Shown here: piece after piece, positions 49,841 to 59,802 of the stretch | How positions within the stretch are numbered: the first letter of the stretch is position 1 | How the letters are laid out: each line of letters opens with the position of its first letter | Origin: Gemmatimonadales bacterium | GTDB lineage: Bacteria; Gemmatimonadota; Gemmatimonadetes; Gemmatimonadales; GWC2-71-9 | Length of the DNA: 64,000 bases | NCBI GenBank assembly: GCA_037189525.1 | Contig: JBBCJC010000005.1 | Span: 512,001 to 576,000, forward strand | Reading direction: 5' to 3' | Notes under the pieces: generated by a model | Told to the model about the DNA's origin: nothing | What the model saw: only the letters and a program-made list of their open reading frames with translations | Databases searched by the model: none | Program-made: the position numbers and the translations under genes

Positions 49841-51502
49841 ATGACTCGCTCTCTCATCGCCGTCTCGCTGCTGCTGGCCACCCCCGCGGCCGCCCAGCCC
49901 CGCGCCGCCGTCTATGCGCCTAACGGCGTCGTCGCCACCGCCCAGCCGCTGGCCAGTCAGGCCGGGCTCCGGGTCCTGCAGAACGGCGGCAACGCGGTCG
50001 ACGCCGCCGTCACCGCCGCCGTGATGCTCGGCCTGGTCGAGCCGATGATGAGCGGGATCGGCGGCGATCTCTTCGTGATCATGTGGTCGGCCAAGGAAAA
50101 GCGGCTGATCGGTCTCAACTCGAGCGGTCGGGCCGGCGCCCTGATGACGCTCGAGGAACTCAAGCGCCGTGGGCGCACCCGGATGCAAACCGCCGGCGCG
50201 GAAACGGTCACGGTGCCCGGCGCGCTGGCCGGATGGCAGGCGCTGCTCTCGCGCTACGGTACCATTTCACTGTCCGACGCCCTCGCGCCCACTATCACGC
50301 TGGCCGAGAAGGGCTTTCCGGTCAGCCCGATGATTGCCGCCGAGTGGGAGGTGTTCGCCGAGACGATCCGGCGCGACCCCGGGGCCCGGCAGGCCCTTCT
50401 GATCGACGGCGCGCGTCCACCCAAAGTCGGCGAGTGGTTTACCAATCCCGATCTGGCCAGGACGTTACGCACGGTCGCAACCCAGGGTCCTGGGGTGTTC
50501 TACGGCGGCACACTCGGGCGCCAGGTGGCGGACCACGTCCGGTCACTCGACGGGTTCCTGACGGTCGAAGACTTTGCCCGTCACGAGGTCGAATGGGTCA
50601 ATCCGGTCGGCGTGCCGTTCAAGGGGTATCGTCTCTGGGAACTGCCGCCTAACGGTCAAGGCATTGCCGCGCTCGAGATGCTGCGGATCCTGGAACCATT
50701 CGACTTGGCCGCGATGGGCCACAACTCGGCGCCGTATCTCCATCATCTGATCGAAGCCAAGAAGCTCGCCTACGCCGACCTCGACCGCTACGTGGGCGAC
50801 CCGCGTCACATGAAGGTCAAGCCTGAGCAGTTGCTGACCGACCGGTTCATCGCGGCCCGGCGCGCGCTGCTCGACCCGAACCGCGCCTCCGACGATCCGG
50901 CGCCCGGCAACGTTCCGGGCAGCGGCAACACGACCTACCTTACGGCCGCGGACGCCGAGGGGAACATGGTGTCGCTGATCACCAGCGTGGCAAGCGGGTT
51001 CGGGTCGGGCGTGGTGGTGCCGGGCACCGGCTTCCCGTTGCAGAACCGTGGGGTCGGCTTCAGCCTCGAGCCGGATCAGCCCAACACGGTGGCGCCGGGG
51101 CGGCGACCGCGTCACACCATCATCCCGGGCTTCGTCACCAAAATCGGCGCCGATGGCACCGACGAGCCGTGGATGAGTTACGGCGTGGTCGGCGGTGCGC
51201 AGCAGCCCCAGGCCCACATCCAGATCCTGCTCAACATCCTGCTCTTCGGGATGGACGTGCAGGCTGCGCTCGATGCGCCCCGCTTCAATCACGTCCGCGG
51301 CAAGTCGGTGGCGCTGGAGTCGGCCATTCATCCCGACGTGATTGCCCGGCTCCAAGCGATGGGTCACGAACGCTTCGATACCAAAACCGTTTTCAACGGC
51401 CTGCCGGTCTTCTTCGGCGGCGCGCAGGCCATCATGCGGGGCAAGCGAGGCTACATAGGCGCGACCGAACCGAGACGGGATGGCGTGGCAGCGGGCTACT
51501 AG
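49841..51502 (+). CDS. ggt: Gamma-glutamyltransferase
   Basis: GGNAVDAA, SGIGGD, TTY nucleophile site, LQNRG, PRHTIIP. Confidence 0.92.
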   Translation: MTRSLIAVSLLLATPAAAQPRAAVYAPNGVVATAQPLASQAGLRVLQNGGNAVDAAVTAAVMLGLVEPMMSGIGGDLFVIMWSAKEKRLIGLNSSGRAGALMTLEELKRRGRTRMQTAGAETVTVPGALAGWQALLSRYGTISLSDALAPTITLAEKGFPVSPMIAAEWEVFAETIRRDPGARQALLIDGARPPKVGEWFTNPDLARTLRTVATQGPGVFYGGTLGRQVADHVRSLDGFLTVEDFARHEVEWVNPVGVPFKGYRLWELPPNGQGIAALEMLRILEPFDLAAMGHNSAPYLHHLIEAKKLAYADLDRYVGDPRHMKVKPEQLLTDRFIAARRALLDPNRASDDPAPGNVPGSGNTTYLTAADAEGNMVSLITSVASGFGSGVVVPGTGFPLQNRGVGFSLEPDQPNTVAPGRRPRHTIIPGFVTKIGADGTDEPWMSYGVVGGAQQPQAHIQILLNILLFGMDVQAALDAPRFNHVRGKSVALESAIHPDVIARLQAMGHERFDTKTVFNGLPVFFGGAQAIMRGKRGYIGATEPRRDGVAAGY

Positions 51503-51524
51503 CGCCGGGCGATCGGCGCGGGCG

Positions 51525-53360
51525 TCAGGGTTCCGAGGCGCGGAACAGCGAATCGTATTTGCCGCTCGCAAGCGCCTGGTCGAACCGGCGAGCAACTTCC
51601 GGGATCAACTCCGGATCTTTCTCGCCGGTTTCGAGCGACACCATCACGTATCCGTCAGCCGAGCTGCCGGTGGCCATGATGCTCACCGTACGCTCGCCGA
51701 TCCGAACCTTGTCCCAGGTGATGTACTCCCCACGGGGCACGACCGTTCCGCCCAGATCCGATACCAGAAACGCAACCACGGCATCCGCCAGCGGCTGCCC
51801 GGCCGGTTTGAGGGTGTAGTAGTAGCCCCCATCATGCGACGTCGATAGCTGGCCTCGATACGGCAGCGGCGTGAATCGCTCTCGGCGCTCGAGATGATCG
51901 GCCCCGTCGTCCCTGCGGACCCAGTGGAAATGATGATCGACCCAAGCAGGGTCCAGATCGGTCGGTTCGCCGTACCGCATCCGGCCCCGGTCGATCGGCA
52001 GCACCGTCGTTGTCCCTGACACGACATCCACCACCAGGAGCGCCGGCGTGCTGGCCAAGTGGCCTTGATAGATGATGCGCACCAGACTGCGCTGGTCGGG
52101 GGAGAGCGACAGTGGCTTCAGATAAGACAGTTCCGTGATGTCCTCGGGGAACGCGGGCAATGGCCGAATCGTGAGGTGGCGGGTGTCGACCACGGCTTGT
52201 CCCACCTGATACAACCCCGGCTCCCGATAGGTGACCCGGTCGATCGTGCCGCGCACCGTGACTCGTGACCGGTGCGCGTGGAACCGCGCCGAGTCCGCAG
52301 TCAGCAGATCGGCATCGGCAGCATAGCCGCACTCGCCGACTCGTTCGATCCGGGCCGACTCGCCAGCTGCGGAAACGAGATAACACTGCCCGGCGTTGGA
52401 TCGATCGCTTGCCACCACCATCAGCGCCGGTACCTCGCCGGCCACCACACCCACGGCCTCCGCTCTACCCGCACGATCCGGCGACGACGGGCCGGAATCG
52501 GCATCGAAATCCAGGGCCTGTCCGCGATAGCGAATGTCGAAGCGGGCGCTGGCTGCCATAGCGCCATGCTCGTCGCGCATGAAACCGGATGCGATGGTGG
52601 CGATCTCGAAATCACCGACCCGCTCGACCCGAACCGGCTCGTTGCGTGGTTGGATCCGGTAGCGAATCGAGAATTTGTCCACCGGCCACTCGGCCGAACC
52701 GGACGGCGGCGCCGGATACCAGGGACTCCATTCGAACGACTTGCGCCCGGGGCGGCGCGGAATCGGGAGCAGAAAGCCCGCCATGCTCGAGTCGCCGAGT
52801 TGGATGTCGAGGACTCGCTTGCCGCGCTCGGTGAACAGTTCGACCGCGCCCGGCACGACCCGACGACCGTCCTCGAGCCGGACATCTTCGAGCCAGAGGG
52901 GACCTTCGGAGGCGTCGCGCAGCACCCGGGTCATACCGATCGAACCGAGCACCACCCGCGCCCGGACGCTGTCGGCGGAGGGAACGGACTGTCCCTCCGG
53001 CCAGCGAACCTCGACGGCGACATGCAGCGGCTGCCCACCAACCGTCGGAGGCACGTCGGCCAGCAACCGGGCCACGCCACCGATGACGGCCCCGATGCCG
53101 ACGACCACGCCGAGGCAGGTCGCGAGCGCTTTGATGAAGCCGGGGTTCGGACCGGCGGCCACCATCCTTGCGCCGATCAAGCCGATCACCAGCCCGGCCA
53201 GGAGGCCCAGGATGATCATGGCGAGCACGAAGTAGCCGGACCCGCCTTCGAAGCTCGAGATCCGGTACCAGGAGACTGCCGCCGAGGCGATCAGGCCGGC
53301 GAGGGCCGCGCCGGCAAAGGCGGTGAGAATGCCGACCAGAATCGAAAGCAGCCAGGACAT
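51525..53360 (-). CDS. Hypothetical membrane-anchored protein
   Basis: Three N-terminal TMs (ISSFEGGSGYF) and a large soluble domain; long ORF. Confidence 0.6.
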   Translation of the reverse strand: MSWLLSILVGILTAFAGAALAGLIASAAVSWYRISSFEGGSGYFVLAMIILGLLAGLVIGLIGARMVAAGPNPGFIKALATCLGVVVGIGAVIGGVARLLADVPPTVGGQPLHVAVEVRWPEGQSVPSADSVRARVVLGSIGMTRVLRDASEGPLWLEDVRLEDGRRVVPGAVELFTERGKRVLDIQLGDSSMAGFLLPIPRRPGRKSFEWSPWYPAPPSGSAEWPVDKFSIRYRIQPRNEPVRVERVGDFEIATIASGFMRDEHGAMAASARFDIRYRGQALDFDADSGPSSPDRAGRAEAVGVVAGEVPALMVVASDRSNAGQCYLVSAAGESARIERVGECGYAADADLLTADSARFHAHRSRVTVRGTIDRVTYREPGLYQVGQAVVDTRHLTIRPLPAFPEDITELSYLKPLSLSPDQRSLVRIIYQGHLASTPALLVVDVVSGTTTVLPIDRGRMRYGEPTDLDPAWVDHHFHWVRRDDGADHLERRERFTPLPYRGQLSTSHDGGYYYTLKPAGQPLADAVVAFLVSDLGGTVVPRGEYITWDKVRIGERTVSIMATGSSADGYVMVSLETGEKDPELIPEVARRFDQALASGKYDSLFRASEP

Positions 53361-53456
53361 GGTGGCGAGAAGATATCCCGGCAAGCGGGCGACGCCAGCG
53401 GGGGAAGTTCACTCTGTTTTCATCAAACGCTCACGAATCCCCGGCTAGCATTGAGA

Positions 53457-54878
53457 ATGACTCCCTCATCCTTTGCACTCCCCGCGATCATTCAGGGCGG
53501 CATGGGGGTCGGCGTCTCCGGGTGGCAGCTGGCCCGGGCCGTCTCCCTTCATGGCCAACTGGGTGTCGTTTCCGGCACCGCGCTCGACACGACCCTCGTC
53601 CGCCGGTTGCAGGACGGCGATATCGGGGGCCATCTTCGCCGCGCGCTGGCGCGGTTCCCGATTCCCGGCGTGGCCGAATCCGTCATCAAGCGGTTCTTCC
53701 TGCCGGACGGACGGAAGCCGGATGCGCCCTACCGGCTCCTCTCGATTCACCATCACGCGGCCCGGCTCGAACGGCAGCTGGTCACGACGCTGGCCGCGTT
53801 CGCCGAGGTCTTCCTGGCCAAGGAAGGCCACGATCGGCCGGTCGGGATGAACCTCCTGACCAAGGTGCAGCTGCCCAACCTCGCGCTGCTGTACGGCGCG
53901 ATGCTGGCGGGCGTCGACGTGATCCTGATGGGCGCCGGTATCCCGCGGGAGATCCCGGCGGCGCTCGATCAGCTGGCACTCCACCAGCCGGCCTCGCTCA
54001 AGCTGGAGATTGCCGGCGGAGCGGCGACCGACACGGATCGGGTCACCTTCGATCCGAGGAGCATCTGGACCGACACCCCGCCTTCCCTCCACCGGCCGGC
54101 CTTTTTCGCCATCGTCGCCAGCAACTCGCTCGCGACGATGCTGGCCCGCAAATCGACCGGACGGGTCGACGGGTTCGTGATCGAAGGTCCCTTGGCCGGC
54201 GGGCACAATGCCCCGCCCCGCGGCGAGGCGCGGTTCAACGAGCGCGGCGAGCCGCTATACGGCGAGCGGGACGAGGTCGATCTGGCCGGCATTGCCGCGC
54301 TCGGCCTGCCGTTCTGGGTTGCGGGCAGCGCCGGAAGTCCCGAGGGGCTCGAGGCGGCTCGCGCAGCTGGCGCCGCGGGGATCCAGGTGGGAACCTTGTT
54401 TGCCTACTCCGACGAATCCGGCTTCGACCCCGCCATCAAACGCTCGGTGCTGGCTGCGGCGGCGGCCGGAGGGGTGGAGGTGTTGACCGATCCCAAGGCC
54501 TCGCCCACCGGGTATCCCTTCAAGATGGTCCATTGGGCGGATGAACCCGACCCGGCGGTGACCCGGGAGCGGATTTGTGACCTGGGCGGTCTGCGCACCA
54601 TGTACCGCACGCCCGAGGGCCGGATCGGCTACCGCTGCCCCGCCGAGCCGGTGGATCAGTACGTGGAAAAAGGCGGGCGGGCCGAGGATACCGAAGGGCG
54701 CCGGTGCCTCTGCAACGGCCTTACCGCGGCCATCGGGCTCGGCCAGATGCGTGACGAGGGTCGTCCGGAGCCGGCGGTTGTCACCAGCGGCGACGACCTC
54801 ATGATCATCGGTTCGTTTTTGAACGGGCGGGAATCGTATCGGGCGTCGGATGTGATCGACTGGCTGCTCCGGACCTAG
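53457..54878 (+). CDS. Nitronate monooxygenase/FabK-like flavoprotein with C-terminal Cys cluster
   Basis: IIQGGMGVGVS, EGPLAGGH, GIQVGT, CDLG...CPAEP...CLCN. Confidence 0.85.
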   Translation: MTPSSFALPAIIQGGMGVGVSGWQLARAVSLHGQLGVVSGTALDTTLVRRLQDGDIGGHLRRALARFPIPGVAESVIKRFFLPDGRKPDAPYRLLSIHHHAARLERQLVTTLAAFAEVFLAKEGHDRPVGMNLLTKVQLPNLALLYGAMLAGVDVILMGAGIPREIPAALDQLALHQPASLKLEIAGGAATDTDRVTFDPRSIWTDTPPSLHRPAFFAIVASNSLATMLARKSTGRVDGFVIEGPLAGGHNAPPRGEARFNERGEPLYGERDEVDLAGIAALGLPFWVAGSAGSPEGLEAARAAGAAGIQVGTLFAYSDESGFDPAIKRSVLAAAAAGGVEVLTDPKASPTGYPFKMVHWADEPDPAVTRERICDLGGLRTMYRTPEGRIGYRCPAEPVDQYVEKGGRAEDTEGRRCLCNGLTAAIGLGQMRDEGRPEPAVVTSGDDLMIIGSFLNGRESYRASDVIDWLLRT

Positions 54879-54908
54879 CAGCCAGTCACGTCGTTGCGGT
54901 GGAGCGGA

Positions 54909-55580
54909 TCAGAAGCGCAGGCCGACCGTGAGGCTCGGGATCAGGTTGATATGGAGTCCGCCCGAGTAGTTGTGGAGCACGGGCGTGGCGCGGGCTTCGA
55001 TCAGGAAAACTCGGCTGCCCCACGGCAGGGCCACGCCGGCGCCTAACGGAGCCAGCAGGGCGCCGTCGCTGGAGGTGCCCGAGACGGTAAAGTTGGGCAG
55101 GATGTTCCCGTCCTCATCGGTCCCGACCTGGTCCAGCTTGGTCCGCACCGTGGTGGCGCCGATGCCGACCAGCAGGTACGGGTTGGCGCCGGGGCCTTGG
55201 GGACCGAACCGGTTGACCACGGCGGCGGAGAGGACCAAGTCGCGGTTCCGGATATCGAAGAAGCACGGCCCGACCCCGCCGCCCGGGAGCAGACAGGATT
55301 CGTTGCTGCCCTGAATGCGAGACTGATTCAGCCGATCGACGCTTCCTTCGACCGACAACCGGGTCCACGAGTTGGAGAGCAGCTTCAGGTCCATCCGGAC
55401 CGTAGGGCCATGCTCGGACTTCAGGTCGCCGATCCGGCCAGGCATGTAGGTGTAGCCGGCGGAGACGGTGATCTGCGCGGCGGCAGAGGCCTGGGAAACG
55501 GCGAGGCCGGCTCCCGCGAGGACGAGGGCGGTTGCCAGGCGGCGGGCGATGGATGTATCGCAACGGTTACGAGTAGTCAT
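54909..55580 (-). CDS. Small outer-membrane beta-barrel protein
   Basis: Signal peptide, NPYLLVGIG, C-terminal VGLRF. Confidence 0.7.
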   Translation of the reverse strand: MTTRNRCDTSIARRLATALVLAGAGLAVSQASAAAQITVSAGYTYMPGRIGDLKSEHGPTVRMDLKLLSNSWTRLSVEGSVDRLNQSRIQGSNESCLLPGGGVGPCFFDIRNRDLVLSAAVVNRFGPQGPGANPYLLVGIGATTVRTKLDQVGTDEDGNILPNFTVSGTSSDGALLAPLGAGVALPWGSRVFLIEARATPVLHNYSGGLHINLIPSLTVGLRF

Positions 55581-55676
55581 GCCGCAAGATAGGACCAGGT
55601 CCGAGCCCAATCGTGACCTGCCCGTCCCACCTCGGAGGACCTCAGGGGACGCCCAGGGGACGCCTGATTCCACCCG

Positions 55677-57566
55677 TCAGAAACTCGCAGCAAGCAGCTC
55701 CAACTCCTCCCACCGGGCCGTCGCCGCGGCGAGTTCGCCGTCGAGGGCCGTCAGCCGCGCTTTGGCCGCGGCAGTGGCGGCGCCGTTCTTGAGAAACTCC
55801 ACGTCGGACAGCGAGCGGTAGAGATCGTCGCGCTCGCGCTCCAGCGCATCGATCCGGTCGGGCAGGGACTCCAGCTCGCGGGTTTCCTTGAAGCTCAGCT
55901 TGCGGCGCTTCGCAGGCGCTTGCTCCGCTTTGGGCGCGGGTGCCGGCGCCGGCTTCGGAGCAACCGGTACGGAGGCCGGCCGTTGCCGGAGCCAGTCGGT
56001 GTAACCGCCGGCGTACTCGCCCACCTTGCCGTTGCCCTCGAGCACCAGGGTACTGGTGACCAGGTTGTCGAGGAAGGCGCGGTCGTGACTCACCACCAGC
56101 AGCGTGCCGCTGAAGCCCAACAGCAGTTCCTCCAGCAGGTCGAGAGTCTCGATATCGAGATCGTTGGTCGGCTCGTCGAGGGCCAGGAAATTGAAGCTTC
56201 GGGTAAAAAGCCGCGCCAGGAGGAGCCGGTTCTTCTCGCCGCCCGACAGCACACCAACCGGGGTGCGGGCCCGATCGGGAGTAAAGAGAAAGTCCTGCAG
56301 GTACCCCAGCACGTGACGGCGGTTCTCGCCGATGTCGACGAAGTCGGCGCCGCCGGCAATCGATTCAAAGACGGTCCGCTCCGGATCGAGCTGATCACGC
56401 AACTGGTCGAAGTAGGCGATCTCGAGCCCGGTGCCGTGTCTCACGGTGCCGTCGGTCGGCGCCAGTTCACCGAGCAGCAGGCGGAGTAGTGTAGTCTTCC
56501 CCGAGCCGTTCGGCCCGATCAGCCCGATCCGATCCCCCCGCGCGATGGTGGTCGAGAGGTTGGAGACGATAGTCCGGCCGCCGATAGCGTAGCTGGCATG
56601 CTTCGTCTTCATCACCAGCTTGCCGGAGCGCTCTGCTTCCTGCGCTTGCATGGTCACCGTGCCGACCCGTTCGCGCCGAGCGCCGCGTTCCTGGCGCAAC
56701 GCCTGCAATGCACGAACTCGGCCCATGTTCCGCGTGCGCCGCGCCTTGATGCCCTGGCGGATCCAGGCCTCCTCCTTGGCGAGCTTCTTGTCGAAGAGGG
56801 CCCATTCCCGCTCCTCGTTTTCGAGCGCCGCCTCCTTGCGCGCCAGGTAGGTATCGTAGTCGGCGGCCCAGTCGACCAGGCGGCCGCGATCGAGATCGAT
56901 GACGCGGGTGGCCAGTCTGCGCAGGAAGGCACGATCGTGGGTGACGAAGACGAGGGTGCTGCCGCGTTCGATCAGATAGGTCTCCATCCACTCGATCGCG
57001 TCGACGTCGAGATGGTTGGTGGGCTCGTCGAGCAGTAGCACATCGGGTTCGCGGATCAGGGCCCGGGCCAGGAGCGCCTGGCGACGGCGCCCGCCCGACG
57101 CGGCGCGGAACGGCAGGTCCGGATCTAACCCCAGGTGGGAGAGCACGGTCTCGACCCGGGTCTGCAGTTGCCAGGCATCGCGGGCGTCGAGTTCGTGGTG
57201 GAGCCGGCCCATCCGTTCGAGGGCGGCGGAGTCACCCGAGGCGACCTGGTGGCTGGCTTCGTGATAGCGGGCCAGCAGGGTCCCGGCATCGCCGAGTCCA
57301 CCGGCGGCCACGTCATAGATGGATCCGTCGAGGTCGGACGGGATGGTCTGGCCCAGCCGGGCGACGGTGAGGCCCGAGCGGTGGATCACCTCGCCGTGAT
57401 CGGGAGGGATGGTGCGGTCGAGCAGACTCAGCAAAGTGCTCTTGCCTGCCCCGTTCCGGCCCAGGACCGCGACCCGTTCACCCTCATCGAGAACAAAGCT
57501 GGCGTTCTCGAGGAGCGGGGGACCACCGAATGCTACGGTAACTTCGCGAAGGCTGAGGGCGACCAT
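55677..57566 (-). CDS. uup: ABC-F ATPase Uup
   Basis: Two ABC domains (GRNGAGKST, GPNGSGKTT), EEAWIRQGIKARRTRN, C-terminal KLSFKE..EL. Confidence 0.93.
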   Translation of the reverse strand: MVALSLREVTVAFGGPPLLENASFVLDEGERVAVLGRNGAGKSTLLSLLDRTIPPDHGEVIHRSGLTVARLGQTIPSDLDGSIYDVAAGGLGDAGTLLARYHEASHQVASGDSAALERMGRLHHELDARDAWQLQTRVETVLSHLGLDPDLPFRAASGGRRRQALLARALIREPDVLLLDEPTNHLDVDAIEWMETYLIERGSTLVFVTHDRAFLRRLATRVIDLDRGRLVDWAADYDTYLARKEAALENEEREWALFDKKLAKEEAWIRQGIKARRTRNMGRVRALQALRQERGARRERVGTVTMQAQEAERSGKLVMKTKHASYAIGGRTIVSNLSTTIARGDRIGLIGPNGSGKTTLLRLLLGELAPTDGTVRHGTGLEIAYFDQLRDQLDPERTVFESIAGGADFVDIGENRRHVLGYLQDFLFTPDRARTPVGVLSGGEKNRLLLARLFTRSFNFLALDEPTNDLDIETLDLLEELLLGFSGTLLVVSHDRAFLDNLVTSTLVLEGNGKVGEYAGGYTDWLRQRPASVPVAPKPAPAPAPKAEQAPAKRRKLSFKETRELESLPDRIDALERERDDLYRSLSDVEFLKNGAATAAAKARLTALDGELAAATARWEELELLAASF

Positions 57567-57682
57567 GCCCGAAGATAAGGCGTACCAGGCATGCGGTGTC
57601 GCGCGAGCCACCCCTTGAAGAGTATTCCCGAGCGCCTAGCTTACGGACGGATCGAGAATCAGCCGCCTCAGAGGTCTCAGAC

Positions 57683-59782
57683 GTGCACATCCGACTCCGT
57701 TACCTGCTCGCCCTCGGGGCGTTGGTCGTAGGAGCCTGCTCATCGGAACCGACCGACAGCAACCCTACACCGGCGCTGTTCGCCATCACCCCCGATACGA
57801 TCAGTGTGGGGTCCGGCCCGCAGACCCTCGTGCTCACCGGGCGTGAGTTCGTCAGCGGGTCACGAGTTCGCTGGGACGGCACCGACATTCCCTCCGACTT
57901 CGTGTCGTCCACCGAACTTCGGGTCGCGATCAGTGCAGATCGGTTTGCGACCCCGGGCGCACCCAGGCTGGCGGTCGTCAACCCCGCGCCTGGAGGCGGA
58001 ACGTCCGGCGAGTACACTGTCGCCATCGTGTACCCGAAGCCCACGATCCAGTCGATTGCTCCGGAGCGGGTCCGGGTCGGTACCTCGGAGCCGGTGACGA
58101 TCGTGGTGCACGGCACGGGGTTTCTTGCCGAGTCGGCCATCCAAATCGAAGGATACGCCCTCCCCACCACGTTCGTGAGCCCGACGCAGCTGACTGCCAC
58201 CCTCCAGTGGTTTCTCCTCGGTTCTGCTCGGGTAGCGACCATCGATGTGAGAAACCCGGACCCGGGCGGGGGCGTGTCGACCACACATTCGCTGGTCGTC
58301 GAAAACCCGGCACCGGTGATCACGTCGATCTCGCCCGACTCGATCGACGCCGACGCCGGCGCGACGACGTTCCGGCTGGTGGGCTCGAGCTTCGTCAGCG
58401 GGGCCAAGCTGAGGTGGAATGGGCAAGAGCGTCCGACCCTGTACCATGGTCCGACCGAGCTCCGGGTGCAGCTGACCGAAGCCGATCTCGCGAATCCGGG
58501 CATCCAGCAGATCAGCGTGGCCAACCCGAGCCCCGCCGCGGGGGTGTCGCAAACGCTCAGCCTGCGCATCATGGCTGCGCCGCCTCGGATCACGGCACTG
58601 ACGCCGGCATCGCTCGTTGCCGGCTCGGCGCCGGTCACGCTGAACATTACGGGAACCAACTTCGCCTCGAACGACGAAGTGCGCTGGAACGGCGCCATCC
58701 GCCCCGTCATGTTTCAAACGCCCACGGTGCTCCGCATCACCTTGTCCGCTGCCGATCTCTCGGCACCCGGCCGGGGAGAACTGGTGATTCGATCGCCGGG
58801 GTCCGGACGATCATCGTCGCCTGCGTACCTGCCGATCCTTCCGTCGGCGGAGACGCCTCCCGCGATCGTGACCGTGGCCCAGGGCGGACGGAATATCGTC
58901 TACGACAAGACACGCGACCGCCTGTACGTCGCCGTCGGCGCCAACTCCCCGTCGCGGCGCCATACCATCACGGCGATCAACCCGGCCAATCAAGCGGTCA
59001 TGGAGACGTTTCCCGTTCACAACAACCCAACGGCATTGGCGATCTCCGATAACGATCGGTACCTCTATGTCGGGTTTGCCGGAACGCCGGTCGTCGTTCG
59101 TATCGATCTCGAATTGCAGGTCAAGGATCTGGAGTTTCCGCTCAGCGTGAGCGGAGATCACCGTTCCCAGACCTATGCCGAAGACATCGTGGTCCTTCCG
59201 GGTAACGGAACCTCGATCGCCGTGTCGTTGATGAACGACTGCTGCAGCCCCCGCCACGAGGGCGTGGCGATCTACGACAACGGCGTCCGTCGCCCGCAGA
59301 AGAGCCAGGGCCACACCGGGAGCAATCGCATCACCCGAGGCCCGACTCCAAACCGACTCTATGGCCTCAACACCGAGACGACCGAATTCGGGCTTCGCCG
59401 CCTTGCAGTCGATGCGCAGGGTGTCGTCGAAGAGCGGACGATCGGCGGTCTCGTCAACTATTTCGGGGCGAACATCGAATACGACAACGGCTATCTGTTT
59501 TCGACCACCGGTCAGATCTTCGATGCGGAGGGATTGCGTCAGATCGCACGGGTCAATGAACACGGTCTCGTGTTCCCCGATGTTCATAACGGCCGGGTGC
59601 ACTACTTCACCGGCAATACGCTCACCACCTATCACTACCTTGGCGGACCACCCTTGGGCACCGCCCCCGTCTACCATGCGGAAGGTGCTGCGGCGATGGT
59701 CCGGTGGGGCACCGATGGAATCGCATTGGTTACCCCCACCTCCGTCGTCCTGGCGCGGTGGTCGATGATCGGGACGCCCTAA
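57683..59782 (+). CDS. IPT/TIG-repeat plus beta-propeller lipoprotein
   Basis: VGAC lipobox; four P.I..I.P...G..F..V.W.G repeats; RWGTDGIA C-terminus. Confidence 0.75.
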   Translation: MHIRLRYLLALGALVVGACSSEPTDSNPTPALFAITPDTISVGSGPQTLVLTGREFVSGSRVRWDGTDIPSDFVSSTELRVAISADRFATPGAPRLAVVNPAPGGGTSGEYTVAIVYPKPTIQSIAPERVRVGTSEPVTIVVHGTGFLAESAIQIEGYALPTTFVSPTQLTATLQWFLLGSARVATIDVRNPDPGGGVSTTHSLVVENPAPVITSISPDSIDADAGATTFRLVGSSFVSGAKLRWNGQERPTLYHGPTELRVQLTEADLANPGIQQISVANPSPAAGVSQTLSLRIMAAPPRITALTPASLVAGSAPVTLNITGTNFASNDEVRWNGAIRPVMFQTPTVLRITLSAADLSAPGRGELVIRSPGSGRSSSPAYLPILPSAETPPAIVTVAQGGRNIVYDKTRDRLYVAVGANSPSRRHTITAINPANQAVMETFPVHNNPTALAISDNDRYLYVGFAGTPVVVRIDLELQVKDLEFPLSVSGDHRSQTYAEDIVVLPGNGTSIAVSLMNDCCSPRHEGVAIYDNGVRRPQKSQGHTGSNRITRGPTPNRLYGLNTETTEFGLRRLAVDAQGVVEERTIGGLVNYFGANIEYDNGYLFSTTGQIFDAEGLRQIARVNEHGLVFPDVHNGRVHYFTGNTLTTYHYLGGPPLGTAPVYHAEGAAAMVRWGTDGIALVTPTSVVLARWSMIGTP

Positions 59783-59802
59783 CCGCAACCTGAGGCTGCG
59801 CC

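Noticed and set aside
52272..53456. N-terminal 395 aa of the 868-aa ORF
   Set aside because: Antisense shadow of the 51525-53360 gene; recognisable family motifs begin at ATG 53457.
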